The notes: generated by a model not told the origin, from the sequence alone. 64,000 bases of DNA from Verrucomicrobiota bacterium (GCA_039798785.1 JBDKFG010000010.1:1-64000), one strand, 5' to 3'. Counted from the stretch's first letter, positions 1 through 9,267 are shown. Numbers and translations are program-made.

Positions 1-66
1 GTGCGCAAATCGCGCCCGCCGGGATCTGTGCGGGGGGCTCACAGCAATGAGAGTCCCTACCGCGAT

Positions 67-214
67 ACAACAGCGACAAATGACGATTCTAGTTCGACCG
101 GCATGACTGTCAGCCGGAGGAGTTGCCGAGCGCCTCGAAGGCCATAACCTCTTGCTGTTGTGGTTTATCCTTTCAACCTTTGAAGCTTCCAACCGTTCAA
201 CTGCGGTTTTTAGG
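67..214. mobile_element. Partial MITE-like element (internal part and right end), same family as 20629-20844
   Basis: Aligns closely with 20698-20844 (aacagcga..tgacgattctagttcgacc..ccataacctcttgctgttgt..tttcaacctttgaa..ttcaactgcggtttttagg); no left arm visible in the window. Confidence 0.75.
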
Positions 215-387
215 TTTAATCTTTAATCTTTGATTTTGTTGTCGTGATCTGAATTGAGAAAGCTTAATAAATTCATTGGCTCTCCCGGGATTTTAGCCCG
301 GGGTTGAGCCGCCTCGGCGACACCATGGGCAGGGAGAGTCGAAAACAAGGGGCTTGAGTGCGATCTGCAATTTGCGGTTTGCAGCTT

Positions 388-1161
388 TTAATTCTCTGCC
401 GGCTCTTCCGGCTGCGGGAAGATGCTGTCGTATTTCTGGCGCATCTCTTCGAAGTTCTCTTTGATGAAGAAGATGAAGTAGCGGTCGATATTGGCTTTGG
501 GATCGAGTTTCGGGTCGGCGTCGGGGATGATGCGGGTCTTGGGTTTGATGGTGCAGAAGGCGCGTAGCATTTTTCCTTCCATCAGGGCCTCGATGGCGCT
601 GGTGTTGCCGCGGTAGATCAGCATCTGCCCCTGCAATTCGCCCCACGAGGAAAGTTCCTCTGCTCCCTTGGGTAGTCCGGTGAGGAGGACGATGGATTTG
701 GCTTCCGTGCACTTGAGCAGCGCGGCGTTCATCGCGTCAAGCGATTTCCATCCTGTTCCGTCGCTGTTACTGAGTTCGATGAACCGGACGTTGGAGCGGT
801 CGCGCAGGGCGTCCTTAGCACCGTTCAGCCGGGCGTTGTGAGTCTTCATCCAGGAACTGACTTCGCTCGGAGCGCAGATCACCACGATGCCTTCTCCCGC
901 AGCCTCCTTCACCGCCATTTCGCAAAGTTCGCTCACCGCCAGGGTTTCGCAGGAGAGCGCATGGGCTTCCCGAGGGTCGGACGGACGCTTGTCGATGAAG
1001 ATGCTGATCACTTTGTAAAGCACCAGGATGAGGCAGATGGCCGAGAGAATCTGCGCCGCCAAGGCCGGAGGCAGCACACCCGCAAAGAGCAGCCCGCGGC
1101 GCTGCCTCTGCACCGCGTGCAGCATCGCCGCCACCAAGACTATCATCAAGAGGTAGATCAT
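388..1161 (-). CDS. Hypothetical membrane-anchored protein
   Basis: 257 aa ORF with ATG start, two N-terminal hydrophobic segments and a soluble domain; typical codon usage. Confidence 0.75.
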   Translation of the reverse strand: MIYLLMIVLVAAMLHAVQRQRRGLLFAGVLPPALAAQILSAICLILVLYKVISIFIDKRPSDPREAHALSCETLAVSELCEMAVKEAAGEGIVVICAPSEVSSWMKTHNARLNGAKDALRDRSNVRFIELSNSDGTGWKSLDAMNAALLKCTEAKSIVLLTGLPKGAEELSSWGELQGQMLIYRGNTSAIEALMEGKMLRAFCTIKPKTRIIPDADPKLDPKANIDRYFIFFIKENFEEMRQKYDSIFPQPEEPAEN

Positions 1162-1404
1162 GTGGCAAGAAGTCCCTTACCTTGCCAAACTAACCCCTCT
1201 CCCGGCAAATGTCGATGAAACTTGGACTTTTCCTTTGCGCGTCGAGCCGTCAAAAAGCGGAAAGCGCGGCATAAACCTGCCTGCATGCTGCCCGATGGCC
1301 GTCTTGCCGATGGACCCAGAGGCGCTCAAGCAAGCCCACGGCACGCATGCATCCCGCGATAGGAGGCGACTCTAGAAAGATGATTCGCATAGGTCGGAAA
1401 ATTT

Positions 1405-1552
1405 CGACCTGTGTTACTCCGATTCAAGCTCAATTGAACCGCAGAAGACGCAGAAGAACGCAGAAGGATGAATGGGCGACTGACACTCGGCGAGCTGACT
1501 TTGTATTCTTTGTGTCTTTTGTGGCCGAGCTCAAATGGAGTGACACAGGTCG
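1405..1552. mobile_element. 148-bp MITE-like element with 8-bp target-site duplication
   Basis: TIRs cgacctgtgttactcc (1405-1420) / ggagtgacacaggtcg (1537-1552), 15/16 complementary; GAAAATTT at 1397-1404 and 1553-1560; internal 9-mer arrays. Confidence 0.7.
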
Positions 1553-1584
1553 GAAAATTTGCTTCCAGGATTTTTCGGCAGCAT

Positions 1585-1612
1585 TGTAAGATTGCCACCG
1601 CGTCCAGCGTCT
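1585..1612 (+). promoter_or_regulatory. Possible ECF-type autoregulatory promoter
   Basis: TGTAAG-N17-CGTCT about 35 nt upstream of the ECF sigma start; resembles the AAC/CGT motifs of ECF promoters. Confidence 0.25.
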
Positions 1613-1645
1613 CGGCAGCAGACAGCCCCCAGCCGGAGAGTTCCA

Positions 1646-2173
1646 TTGTCTTCCGACCTCCACCAAGAACTGCAAGATCTCCTGACCGAGCACGAAGCCG
1701 GCCTGGTCGCCTACACCAAGGCGATCTGCCGCGACCTCGAGTCCGCCCGCGACTGCGTCCAGGATGCCTTCATCCGCTTCGCCGCCGCCCGCGAAAAGGG
1801 CGACAAGATCGAATTCCCAAGAGCCTGGCTCTACCGCGTCGCCTCGCACCGCGCCTACGACCTGCTGCGACGACGGAAACGCGAAAACCAGGCGCGCGAG
1901 GAAGATCGGATCGATCAACCGGCCGAGGCCGAGGCGCCCGATCTGGTGATGGAGCTGAAATGCCGCGACGAAGCCCTCGCCATCGCCCTCGACGAACTCG
2001 GCGACCCGGCCCGCAGCATCGTCTCCTGGCGACTCCGATGTGACCTCAGCTACGAGGAGATCGCCCGGCGACTCGAACTCAACCCCAGCCACGTCGGCGT
2101 CATCCTCCACCGCTCCCTGAAAAAACTGCGCGACCGCTTCGCCTCCCATCTCACCGCGGAGATCCTGCCATGA
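1646..2173 (+). CDS. ECF-type RNA polymerase sigma factor
   Basis: Region 2 (ARDCVQDAF, FPRAWLYRVA) and region 4 (LSYEEIARRLELNPSHVGVILHRSLKKLR); TTG at 1646 after GGAG; overlaps next gene by ATGA. Confidence 0.92.
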   Translation: MSSDLHQELQDLLTEHEAGLVAYTKAICRDLESARDCVQDAFIRFAAAREKGDKIEFPRAWLYRVASHRAYDLLRRRKRENQAREEDRIDQPAEAEAPDLVMELKCRDEALAIALDELGDPARSIVSWRLRCDLSYEEIARRLELNPSHVGVILHRSLKKLRDRFASHLTAEILP

Positions 2174-5100
2174 AAAACCTCGACCACCCCGAACGCGAAA
2201 TCATCATCCGCCTCGCCCTCGGCGACATGCCTGAGCTCGACGCCAAGCCGATCCTCAGCCACCTCGCCTCCTGCGAGCCCTGCCGACTCGAATTCCTCGG
2301 CTGCTGCGACGACTTTGAAAAACTCCGCGGCGACAACCCCGTCGCCGCCGAGGAGCTCAATCTCGGCGCCGAACGCCGCCTCGCCCTGATGGCGAAGTTC
2401 CGGGAAATCAAGACGCCTGCACCGGCGCCCAATCTCATCCGTTTCCCTTCGGTTCCCAGCTCGATGATCTCGTGGTTTGTCGCTGCCGCCGCCGTCGCCT
2501 TGATCGGCGCCATGCTGCTGCCGAGCCTCGGCTCGAAACGGGAAGCGCCGGCGAGCGCAATCGCGATGAAATCCAAGGAAGAAAAAAGCGCAGAGGAATT
2601 GCCCAAGGCGGATTTCTACAACATCGTGATTTCCAAGCCCTGGTGGCAAAGGGATAAGAGTGAGGAGCTGGACGGGTGTCAGACAGCCTACGCCTACACG
2701 CCGTCAATGGCTCCCGCTCCGCCACCACCCCCACCCCCGCCCGGGTCTAATGTCGATCGGCCGACGGGCAGTCACTTGCAGAAATACACGACTGCTCGAG
2801 AACCTGAACCTGAACCCATTTCGCCATCTGTAGTCCCGACCGAGTCGAGTGATCCCGCAGTTGCTTCCATCGCTCTCGCTGATCCGGCTGCGGCCAATGG
2901 CCTCGAGTCGATTGCTGACTCAACACCTTCCACCAACGACAATGCCGAAGTCCATATGGTCTCGGATGTTAAAGCCGTCGTCTCGCCGTCGACTTCCAGC
3001 AAGATGTATGGTGGACGGAGTGCGTCGGGGAAAGCCGAGAAAAAAGCGGCGGTCGGAGGGGAATTCCCTGAAGATCAAGGAGGATTCATTTACGGCAAGG
3101 ACGAAGTAGCCAAAACGGCCGAGAAATTAAAATTTAGGGACGATAAAACTTTAGAAGTGTATCAGCAGGAAGGGAATAGCCTGAAGAACGACGTCGCTGG
3201 ACGGGATGCGGAAATCTCCTCCAAAAAGCTCGATCAGTCCAAGATACTCTATGCCGATCGCCGATTCCAGGATGCCAAAGAAGCGTCTGAACAAGTCTTG
3301 GTGGAGGATCCCTACAACAAAGATGCCCAGTTAATGCTCATGCGGGCCAATAACAAGATGCAGGAAGAAGGTCGTTTGCGCAAAGAAAGCGTCGTCGGTG
3401 AACGCGTCGCAGAAGCTGATAATCGCTGGCTTGAGCCAGAGCGCGTCGTCGCTGAACGCGTCGCGGAAGTGGAGTGGAAATGGAGCTTGCCCTTGAAAGA
3501 TGGAAAGATCGATAGCCATGCCAAGAAAACGGCAGAGGAATCCAGTCTCGCCAAGGTTCTCGGCAAAGATGTCTTCGCAGATCGCAGCGATGAACCGCCC
3601 AAGCCATCAACAAAAGAAGCTTTGGATTCTCGGGACAAAAACTTGAGAGGTCTGCCTGATTTCCATAGGATGGGCGGAGCCCCTGCGGTCATCAATGGCA
3701 AAGAAAATAATATCTCTGGTCATCTCGATAGCGGCATCCGGAGCCTGAAGCAGGTGAAAGCTCAAGAAGATCAACTTGCACTCGAAGCCAAAGTTGTGAG
3801 AGTCTCAGAACAAGACCTGCGAGAAGTGGGCTGCGCTTGGCGCATGCCCCAAGAGCCCGACCCGCTTCTGCTCAAGCAAAACGCCGCCGCCGACCAGGTG
3901 CTTGCGGCGAGCGCGAAACGGGGGCTGCTCCCCCAGGATGCTCAAATCCAGGACGAAGCTGCCGCAAAACCGCAAGCGGAGGTCGCGGATATCGCAAAAC
4001 TACTTGAAGACGCAGAGGTGGTGAAAGATCCAGCCGTAAAACCCGCCAACGAAAAAGTCGAAGAGGTCAAGCCTGTACCCACTCCCGCCGAAGAGCAGGC
4101 GCGTCGCGACAAAGAGCGCGAGGAGGCGAAGCAGCGCGCCTTGTGCTTCAAGGACGCGGCGCAGGAGCCGCTCAGCACCTTCGCGATGGATGTCGACACC
4201 GCCAGCTACCAGCGGGTCAAGGAGATGATCCAAAACGGCCAAAGCGTGTCGCCGGAAGCGGTGCGCACCGAGGAGTTCGTCAACGCCTTCAACTACAACT
4301 ACCCGACCCCGACGGAGAGCACCTTCGCGATCCACGCCGAACATGCGCCGAGCAATCTCGGCCAGGGACGCAAGATCCTCCGGGTCGCGGTGCAAGCGGC
4401 CCGCCCCGGCGCTGACAGCCGCCGCCCCAGCCGCTTGACCATGCTGGTCGACACCTCCGGCTCGATGGCGCGGGAAAACCGCCTGCCCTTGCTCCGCAAG
4501 GTCTTGCCGGAAATGCTGAGCCAGATGCGCCCCAGCGACACCCTCACCCTGATCGCCTGCGACTCGTCGCCGCGCCTTCTTGCCGACCGGATTCCGGCGG
4601 GCGACACCGAGCGTCTCGCGCGGGCCTTTGCCGAGCTCAAGCCGAGCGGCGCCACCAATCTCGAGGCGGGCTTAAACGCCGCTTACCAGAACGCCGGCGC
4701 CCACTTCGACCCCGCTGGCATGAACCGCCTCGTCCTGATCTCCGACGGCGTCGCCAACCTCGGCAGCACCGAAGCCGAAGTCCTCCTCGAACGCGCCAGC
4801 AGCGCCCGCCGCCTCGGGATCAGCGCCACCGTCATCGGCATGGGCCGCGGCGAATACAACGACCGTTTCCTCGAAACCCTCGCCGACAAAGGCAACGGCT
4901 TCTACGCCTACGTCGACAACGCCGATTCGGCCAAGCGGATCTTCGTCGACAACTTCGCCGCGAATTTCGCCTCGATCGCCAAGGACGCCAAGATCCAGAT
5001 GGAGTTCGACCCGAAGGTGGTGCGTTCCTGGCGTCTGCTCGGTTATGAAAACCGTCTCCTGGCGGCGGCGGAGTTCCGCGACGACAAGGTGGGCGGCGGC

Positions 5101-5466
5101 GAAGTCGGCCCCGGCCAGGCGGTGACCGCGGTCTATGAACTCGACTGTGTTCCCGACATCGCGCCTGAGGCCCGTCTCGGGGTGATGCGGATCCGTTACC
5201 AGGATCCCAGCGGCCGTCTCGCCCGCGAGAGCGAGCGGGTCATTCTCGGGCGCGACGGTGCGGCCAGCTTCGACCAGGCTTCTCTGAGCCTGCGTCTCGC
5301 GGCCTGCGCGGCGCAGTTCGCCGAGCAGCTCAAGGGCTACAACAGTGATCGCGAGACGACGCTGAAGGTCCTGCGTCAGCTCTCCCTCGAGCAGCCCGGA
5401 AATCCGGCTCTTGGGGAATTGATCCAGTTGATGGAAAAGGCCGGCGGTGAAGAGGTCGCCCTTTGA
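2170..5466 (+). CDS. Anti-sigma-like zinc finger/TM protein with YfbK-type VWA module (vWF_A, VWA, DUF3520)
   Basis: N-terminal HLASCEPC, TM helix, PLSTFAMDVDTASY, MIDAS DTSGSM, ISDGVAN, GYENRLL..GEVGPGQAVTAVYE. Confidence 0.88.
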   Translation: MKNLDHPEREIIIRLALGDMPELDAKPILSHLASCEPCRLEFLGCCDDFEKLRGDNPVAAEELNLGAERRLALMAKFREIKTPAPAPNLIRFPSVPSSMISWFVAAAAVALIGAMLLPSLGSKREAPASAIAMKSKEEKSAEELPKADFYNIVISKPWWQRDKSEELDGCQTAYAYTPSMAPAPPPPPPPPGSNVDRPTGSHLQKYTTAREPEPEPISPSVVPTESSDPAVASIALADPAAANGLESIADSTPSTNDNAEVHMVSDVKAVVSPSTSSKMYGGRSASGKAEKKAAVGGEFPEDQGGFIYGKDEVAKTAEKLKFRDDKTLEVYQQEGNSLKNDVAGRDAEISSKKLDQSKILYADRRFQDAKEASEQVLVEDPYNKDAQLMLMRANNKMQEEGRLRKESVVGERVAEADNRWLEPERVVAERVAEVEWKWSLPLKDGKIDSHAKKTAEESSLAKVLGKDVFADRSDEPPKPSTKEALDSRDKNLRGLPDFHRMGGAPAVINGKENNISGHLDSGIRSLKQVKAQEDQLALEAKVVRVSEQDLREVGCAWRMPQEPDPLLLKQNAAADQVLAASAKRGLLPQDAQIQDEAAAKPQAEVADIAKLLEDAEVVKDPAVKPANEKVEEVKPVPTPAEEQARRDKEREEAKQRALCFKDAAQEPLSTFAMDVDTASYQRVKEMIQNGQSVSPEAVRTEEFVNAFNYNYPTPTESTFAIHAEHAPSNLGQGRKILRVAVQAARPGADSRRPSRLTMLVDTSGSMARENRLPLLRKVLPEMLSQMRPSDTLTLIACDSSPRLLADRIPAGDTERLARAFAELKPSGATNLEAGLNAAYQNAGAHFDPAGMNRLVLISDGVANLGSTEAEVLLERASSARRLGISATVIGMGRGEYNDRFLETLADKGNGFYAYVDNADSAKRIFVDNFAANFASIAKDAKIQMEFDPKVVRSWRLLGYENRLLAAAEFRDDKVGGGEVGPGQAVTAVYELDCVPDIAPEARLGVMRIRYQDPSGRLARESERVILGRDGAASFDQASLSLRLAACAAQFAEQLKGYNSDRETTLKVLRQLSLEQPGNPALGELIQLMEKAGGEEVAL

Positions 5467-5534
5467 CCTGGATAAGGTTAAAAACCACAGTTGAGAAGGT
5501 TGGAAGGAGGTCGCCCTTTGAGATGGATAAGGTT
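5452..5534. repeat. 28-bp direct repeat duplicating the 3' end of the VWA gene
   Basis: gaggtcgccctttga(cc/ga)tggataaggtt at 5452-5479 and 5507-5534, 26/28 identical. Confidence 0.8.
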
Positions 5535-5684
5535 GAATGAGTAAGTTTGCGTAGCGAGTCCTGCGCTCGCTACGCGAGGCGAAAACCAGCAATGCCATCC
5601 ACCCCAGGGCCTTGCCCTGGGCTAAGCCAGCTTCGACCGCGCTGCGGTGAGCACAAGTGCGGCCTGAGTCATCTGGGTATTCAA

Positions 5685-5827
5685 CCTGGATTCCGAAGCT
5701 GAACTTAGGCTCAGCTCGGGAATCCGATTCAAGATTCAAAATTCAAGATTCAACAGAACGCGCACAAAATAAAGATTTAACATTCAAGATTGAAGACTGA
5801 CTCACAGTTTCAGCTTCGGAATCGAGG
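5685..5827. mobile_element. 143-bp MITE-like element (CCT...AGG family)
   Basis: TIRs cctggattccgaagctgaa / ttcagcttcggaatcgagg (18/19); flanks ttcaa / ttcac; internal (gattcaa)n array. Confidence 0.7.
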
Positions 5828-6003
5828 TTCACCCACTCGGCCGCACCGAGTGAGGGTATTCACCCAAAAACTTCCCGGAAGAAACAAAAAAATCAATGGC
5901 GTGGCCAGCTTCGGCTTATTGCCGTGGCTGGCCTCAAGCCGGCCTCGCCAAAGCCGCCGCACCGGGTATTTTGCCGCCTTTCCATAAGCATCCCAGAGTC
6001 GCC

Positions 6004-9000
6004 ATGTCCTTTCCCTCTCCGCCCGCCTGGCTGCCCTTCTGGCCCGGCCTTAGCCGCCTCGCGCCCCTCTTCCCGCCCGCCATGGCGGGGATGGCCCATC
6101 GTCTGCGCCAGACCACCAAGGTGACGGCCTTCCTCTGGGATGAAGATGGCATCCTGCTCACCGTCGACGGACACCACCGCAACCGCTGGGACTGGCGCGA
6201 CGGGCAGTGGCTCCGTCGCTGCAACTGCGGCTACCCCAAGGATACCTGCGTCCACGCCTTCATGCTCGCCGGCATGGTCGAGAACAAGCTCCGCGAAATG
6301 GGCTTGAAGGGCGGCGAACGCCGCGATGAGGGCATCCTCCCCTTGCGGCGTGAAGAGGCGGAAGAAGAGAATCAGGAGGAACGAAGAACAAGCGCCAGAG
6401 GGCTGGCGCGCTCCCAGGGGGACACCAGCGAAGACGCCAGAGGGCTGGCGCGCTCCCAGGGGGACACCAGCGAAGACGCCAGAGGGCTGGCGCGCTCCCA
6501 GGGGAACACCAGCGAAGACGCCAGAGGGCTGGCGCGCTCCCAGGGGAGCGAGGAGGAAGAAGAGGAAATCCTGCCGCAGGAACTCATCGCCGAGGTCGAC
6601 CTGAAGGGCAGCATCGGCAGCGTCGTCCTGCGTTTCCTGGCGCGCATGCCCAACGGCCAGAATCAACTTCTGAAGATGCAGCGACTCCTCTCCTTCTGCC
6701 GCCAGGCCAAGGAGAAGCGCATCCGCTTCTTCGGCGAACGCGACCGCCGCTTCCTGATCTGGCTCTTCCCGACCCTGGCGAAGCCGGAGAACTATCAGGG
6801 CGATCTCAACGTCCTGCATGTCCCCCGCAGCACCTTTGACGAATGGATCCGGGCCTGGGCCGAGTTCCCCGACCGCTTCATCGACCGCGCCACCCAGAAA
6901 CCTGTCGCCGGCAAGCTCGAGGCGGAAATCTGGTTCGAACTCGAACGGGAGGAAGGTCAAGTCCTCTTTCGCTGCCGCATCGGAACCAGCGAAGCCAACG
7001 CCGTCGACTTCTTCAGCGTCTATCCCAGCGTCCGCGAAAAATCCCTCTGCGAAATCGGCGGCGGCACCGTCCGCTTCACCTCGCCGGTGGCTTGGAGCAC
7101 CCTCGGTGAAGTCTTCTCGCGCAAGACCCCGAGCTTCCCCCTTGGCAAGCTCAACCAGGTGGTGCCGGTCCTGCTCGAAGGGAATCTCGAGCTTTTGCGG
7201 GGGGCGCAGATCCGCCACCTGCGCGACGGCGTCCAGGCCTGCCTGCACGCCTCCTTGCGCGGACCAGAGCTGGTGCTGGAGATGAAGTCGCAGCTCAAGG
7301 GCCAGGCCCTGCCGCCGCTCGACCACGACGGCCGCTTCTTCAATGTCCGCCATCCCCAAGGAGTCGAGGCGGTCCGCCGCTTCGCCGCCGAGCTCAAGAT
7401 CAAGCCCGCCGGCCCTGACTCGTGGAAGGCCGCCGCAGATGAGGAGCTGGTCGTGCGCTTCCTGTCGCGCTGGCAGAAGAGCGATGAATTCCCCAAGATC
7501 GCCGGCGACAACCTGCAGCTGCTGATCGATGGCCTCGAGATCAAGCCGGAACTCTCCATGCGCGAGGGCGCGGGCTGGCTCGACTGCAAGGTGACCTGGA
7601 GCGCCGCCGGCCAGCAGATCTCGGCGGGCGAGCTGGAATCGCTGAAGCGCAAGGGCAGCGGCCTCTGGCGCCAGCGCGACGGCTCCTGGCTCCGTCTCGA
7701 GCTCGGCACCGTGGAGCAGCGCCTCGGCATGCTCGGCGATCTCGGCATGGAGAGCGGCGGCGGACGGATCAGCCGCGCCGCCTCGAATGAACTGCTGGCG
7801 AAAATCGGAGCGGACCTGCCCCTCGGCGCCGATTCCAAAGAGACCGCCCGCCGCCTGCGTGAAAGCACCGGCAAGACCCTGCCGGAACCGCCCGCCGCGC
7901 TCCTCGCCATCCTCCGCTCCTACCAGACCCAGGGCAGCGAATTTCTCCGCAGCCGCCTCTCCCTCGGCGTCGGCGCCCTGCTCGCCGACGACATGGGCCT
8001 GGGCAAAACCCTCCAGACCCTCAGCGCCCTGGAACCGCTGCTGCGCGCCGAAAAAGCCCCCGGCCTGGTCGTTGCGCCCGCCTCGGTCCTCCACGTCTGG
8101 GAACGCGAATGCCAGCGCTTCCTCCCCGGCCTCCCGGTCAGCGTCCTCAGCGGCTCCCCGGAACGCCGCAGCCGCGTCCTCGCCGCCGCCCTCGGCCAGG
8201 CACACCTGCTGATCTCCAGCTACAGTGTCCTGCGCAACGACCTTGAAGCTCTCAAAGCCGCCGGCCTCGCCGTCCTCGTCCTCGACGAAGCCCAGGCGAT
8301 CCGCAATCCCGAGGCGCAAACCACTCTCGCCGCCAAGGCCCTCAAGGCGCCGCGCCGCCTCGCCCTCTCCGGTACGCCGCTGGAAAACTCTCTCGCCGAC
8401 CTCTGGTCCTTGCTCGACTTCCTCAACCCCGGCCTCTTCGCCAGCCGCGAGGATTTCGGCTTGCGTTTCCAGTCGCCCGCCAGCCGCTCCGTCCTCAGCC
8501 GTCGCCTCCGTCCCCTGATGCTGCGCCGCACCAAGGAATTGGTCGCCCCCGAACTGCCGCCGCGCACCGAAGAACTCATCGTCCTCGATCTCGCCGAGGC
8601 CCACCGCCAGGCCTACGAACGCCAGCTCGCCGAAGCCCGCGCCGAAGTCAAAGCGAAAGGCCCCTTCGCCATCTTCGCCGCCCTCACCCGCCTCCGCCAG
8701 ACCTGCATCGACGCCCGCCTCGGCAAGGAGCAAGGCGGCGAAGGACGCCTCAGCACCAAGCTCGACGCCCTCAGCGACATGCTCGCACCCCTGATCGAAC
8801 GCGGCGAATCCGCCCTGGTCTTCTCCTCCTTCACCGGCGCCCTCGACCTCGCCGCCGAAAAGCTCCAGGCCGACGGCGTCGACACCCTCCTGCTCACCGG
8901 CGAAACTCCCCTGCCGCAGCGGATGAAACTCGTCGATGAATTCCAGAACTCGCCGAAACCCAAGGTCTTCCTCCTCTCCCTCAAGGCCGCCGGCACCGGC

Positions 9001-9267
9001 CTCACCTTGACCCGAGCGTCCTACGTCTTCCTCCTCGACCCCTGGTGGAACCCCCAGGCCGAACGCCAGGCGGTCGACCGGGCCCACCGGATCGGCCAGG
9101 ACAAGCCGGTCTTCGTCTACCGCCTCGTCGCCAACGACACGGTCGAGGAAAAGGTGATGAAGCTGCAGGACGACAAGCGCCGCCTCTTCGCCGAAGTCAT
9201 CGAAGGCGGTGACCATAGCTTGCCGGAAGGGCTCGACGCCCGCGAGCTCGCAGCCCTGCTCGAGTGA
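6004..9267 (+). CDS. SWIM zinc finger-SNF2 family helicase
   Basis: CNCGYPKDTCVH (SWIM); LLADDMGLGKT, LDEAQ, LSGTPLEN, LKAAGTGLTL, DPWWNP, QAVDRAHRIGQ. Confidence 0.93.
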   Translation: MSFPSPPAWLPFWPGLSRLAPLFPPAMAGMAHRLRQTTKVTAFLWDEDGILLTVDGHHRNRWDWRDGQWLRRCNCGYPKDTCVHAFMLAGMVENKLREMGLKGGERRDEGILPLRREEAEEENQEERRTSARGLARSQGDTSEDARGLARSQGDTSEDARGLARSQGNTSEDARGLARSQGSEEEEEEILPQELIAEVDLKGSIGSVVLRFLARMPNGQNQLLKMQRLLSFCRQAKEKRIRFFGERDRRFLIWLFPTLAKPENYQGDLNVLHVPRSTFDEWIRAWAEFPDRFIDRATQKPVAGKLEAEIWFELEREEGQVLFRCRIGTSEANAVDFFSVYPSVREKSLCEIGGGTVRFTSPVAWSTLGEVFSRKTPSFPLGKLNQVVPVLLEGNLELLRGAQIRHLRDGVQACLHASLRGPELVLEMKSQLKGQALPPLDHDGRFFNVRHPQGVEAVRRFAAELKIKPAGPDSWKAAADEELVVRFLSRWQKSDEFPKIAGDNLQLLIDGLEIKPELSMREGAGWLDCKVTWSAAGQQISAGELESLKRKGSGLWRQRDGSWLRLELGTVEQRLGMLGDLGMESGGGRISRAASNELLAKIGADLPLGADSKETARRLRESTGKTLPEPPAALLAILRSYQTQGSEFLRSRLSLGVGALLADDMGLGKTLQTLSALEPLLRAEKAPGLVVAPASVLHVWERECQRFLPGLPVSVLSGSPERRSRVLAAALGQAHLLISSYSVLRNDLEALKAAGLAVLVLDEAQAIRNPEAQTTLAAKALKAPRRLALSGTPLENSLADLWSLLDFLNPGLFASREDFGLRFQSPASRSVLSRRLRPLMLRRTKELVAPELPPRTEELIVLDLAEAHRQAYERQLAEARAEVKAKGPFAIFAALTRLRQTCIDARLGKEQGGEGRLSTKLDALSDMLAPLIERGESALVFSSFTGALDLAAEKLQADGVDTLLLTGETPLPQRMKLVDEFQNSPKPKVFLLSLKAAGTGLTLTRASYVFLLDPWWNPQAERQAVDRAHRIGQDKPVFVYRLVANDTVEEKVMKLQDDKRRLFAEVIEGGDHSLPEGLDARELAALLE
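6391..6546. repeat. In-frame 42-bp tandem repeat (4 copies of a REP-like palindromic core)
   Basis: cgccagagggctggcgcgctcccagggg at 6393, 6435, 6477, 6519, separated by near-identical linkers; encodes ARGLARSQG(D/N)TSED. Confidence 0.9.

Noticed and set aside
1217..1243. GAAACTT-N16-CGTC as a sigmaE-like promoter
   Set aside because: It lies about 400 nt from the sigma start and upstream of a MITE; a chance match is plausible.
6391..6546. CRISPR-like array (28-nt palindromic repeat x4)
   Set aside because: Spacers are only about 14 nt and essentially identical, the array is in frame within a CDS, and no cas genes are present.
6004..9267. SNF2 helicase as part of a defence system (DISARM/Zorya-like)
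   Set aside because: It has a stand-alone SWIM-SNF2 architecture with no methylase, nuclease or other defence neighbours.
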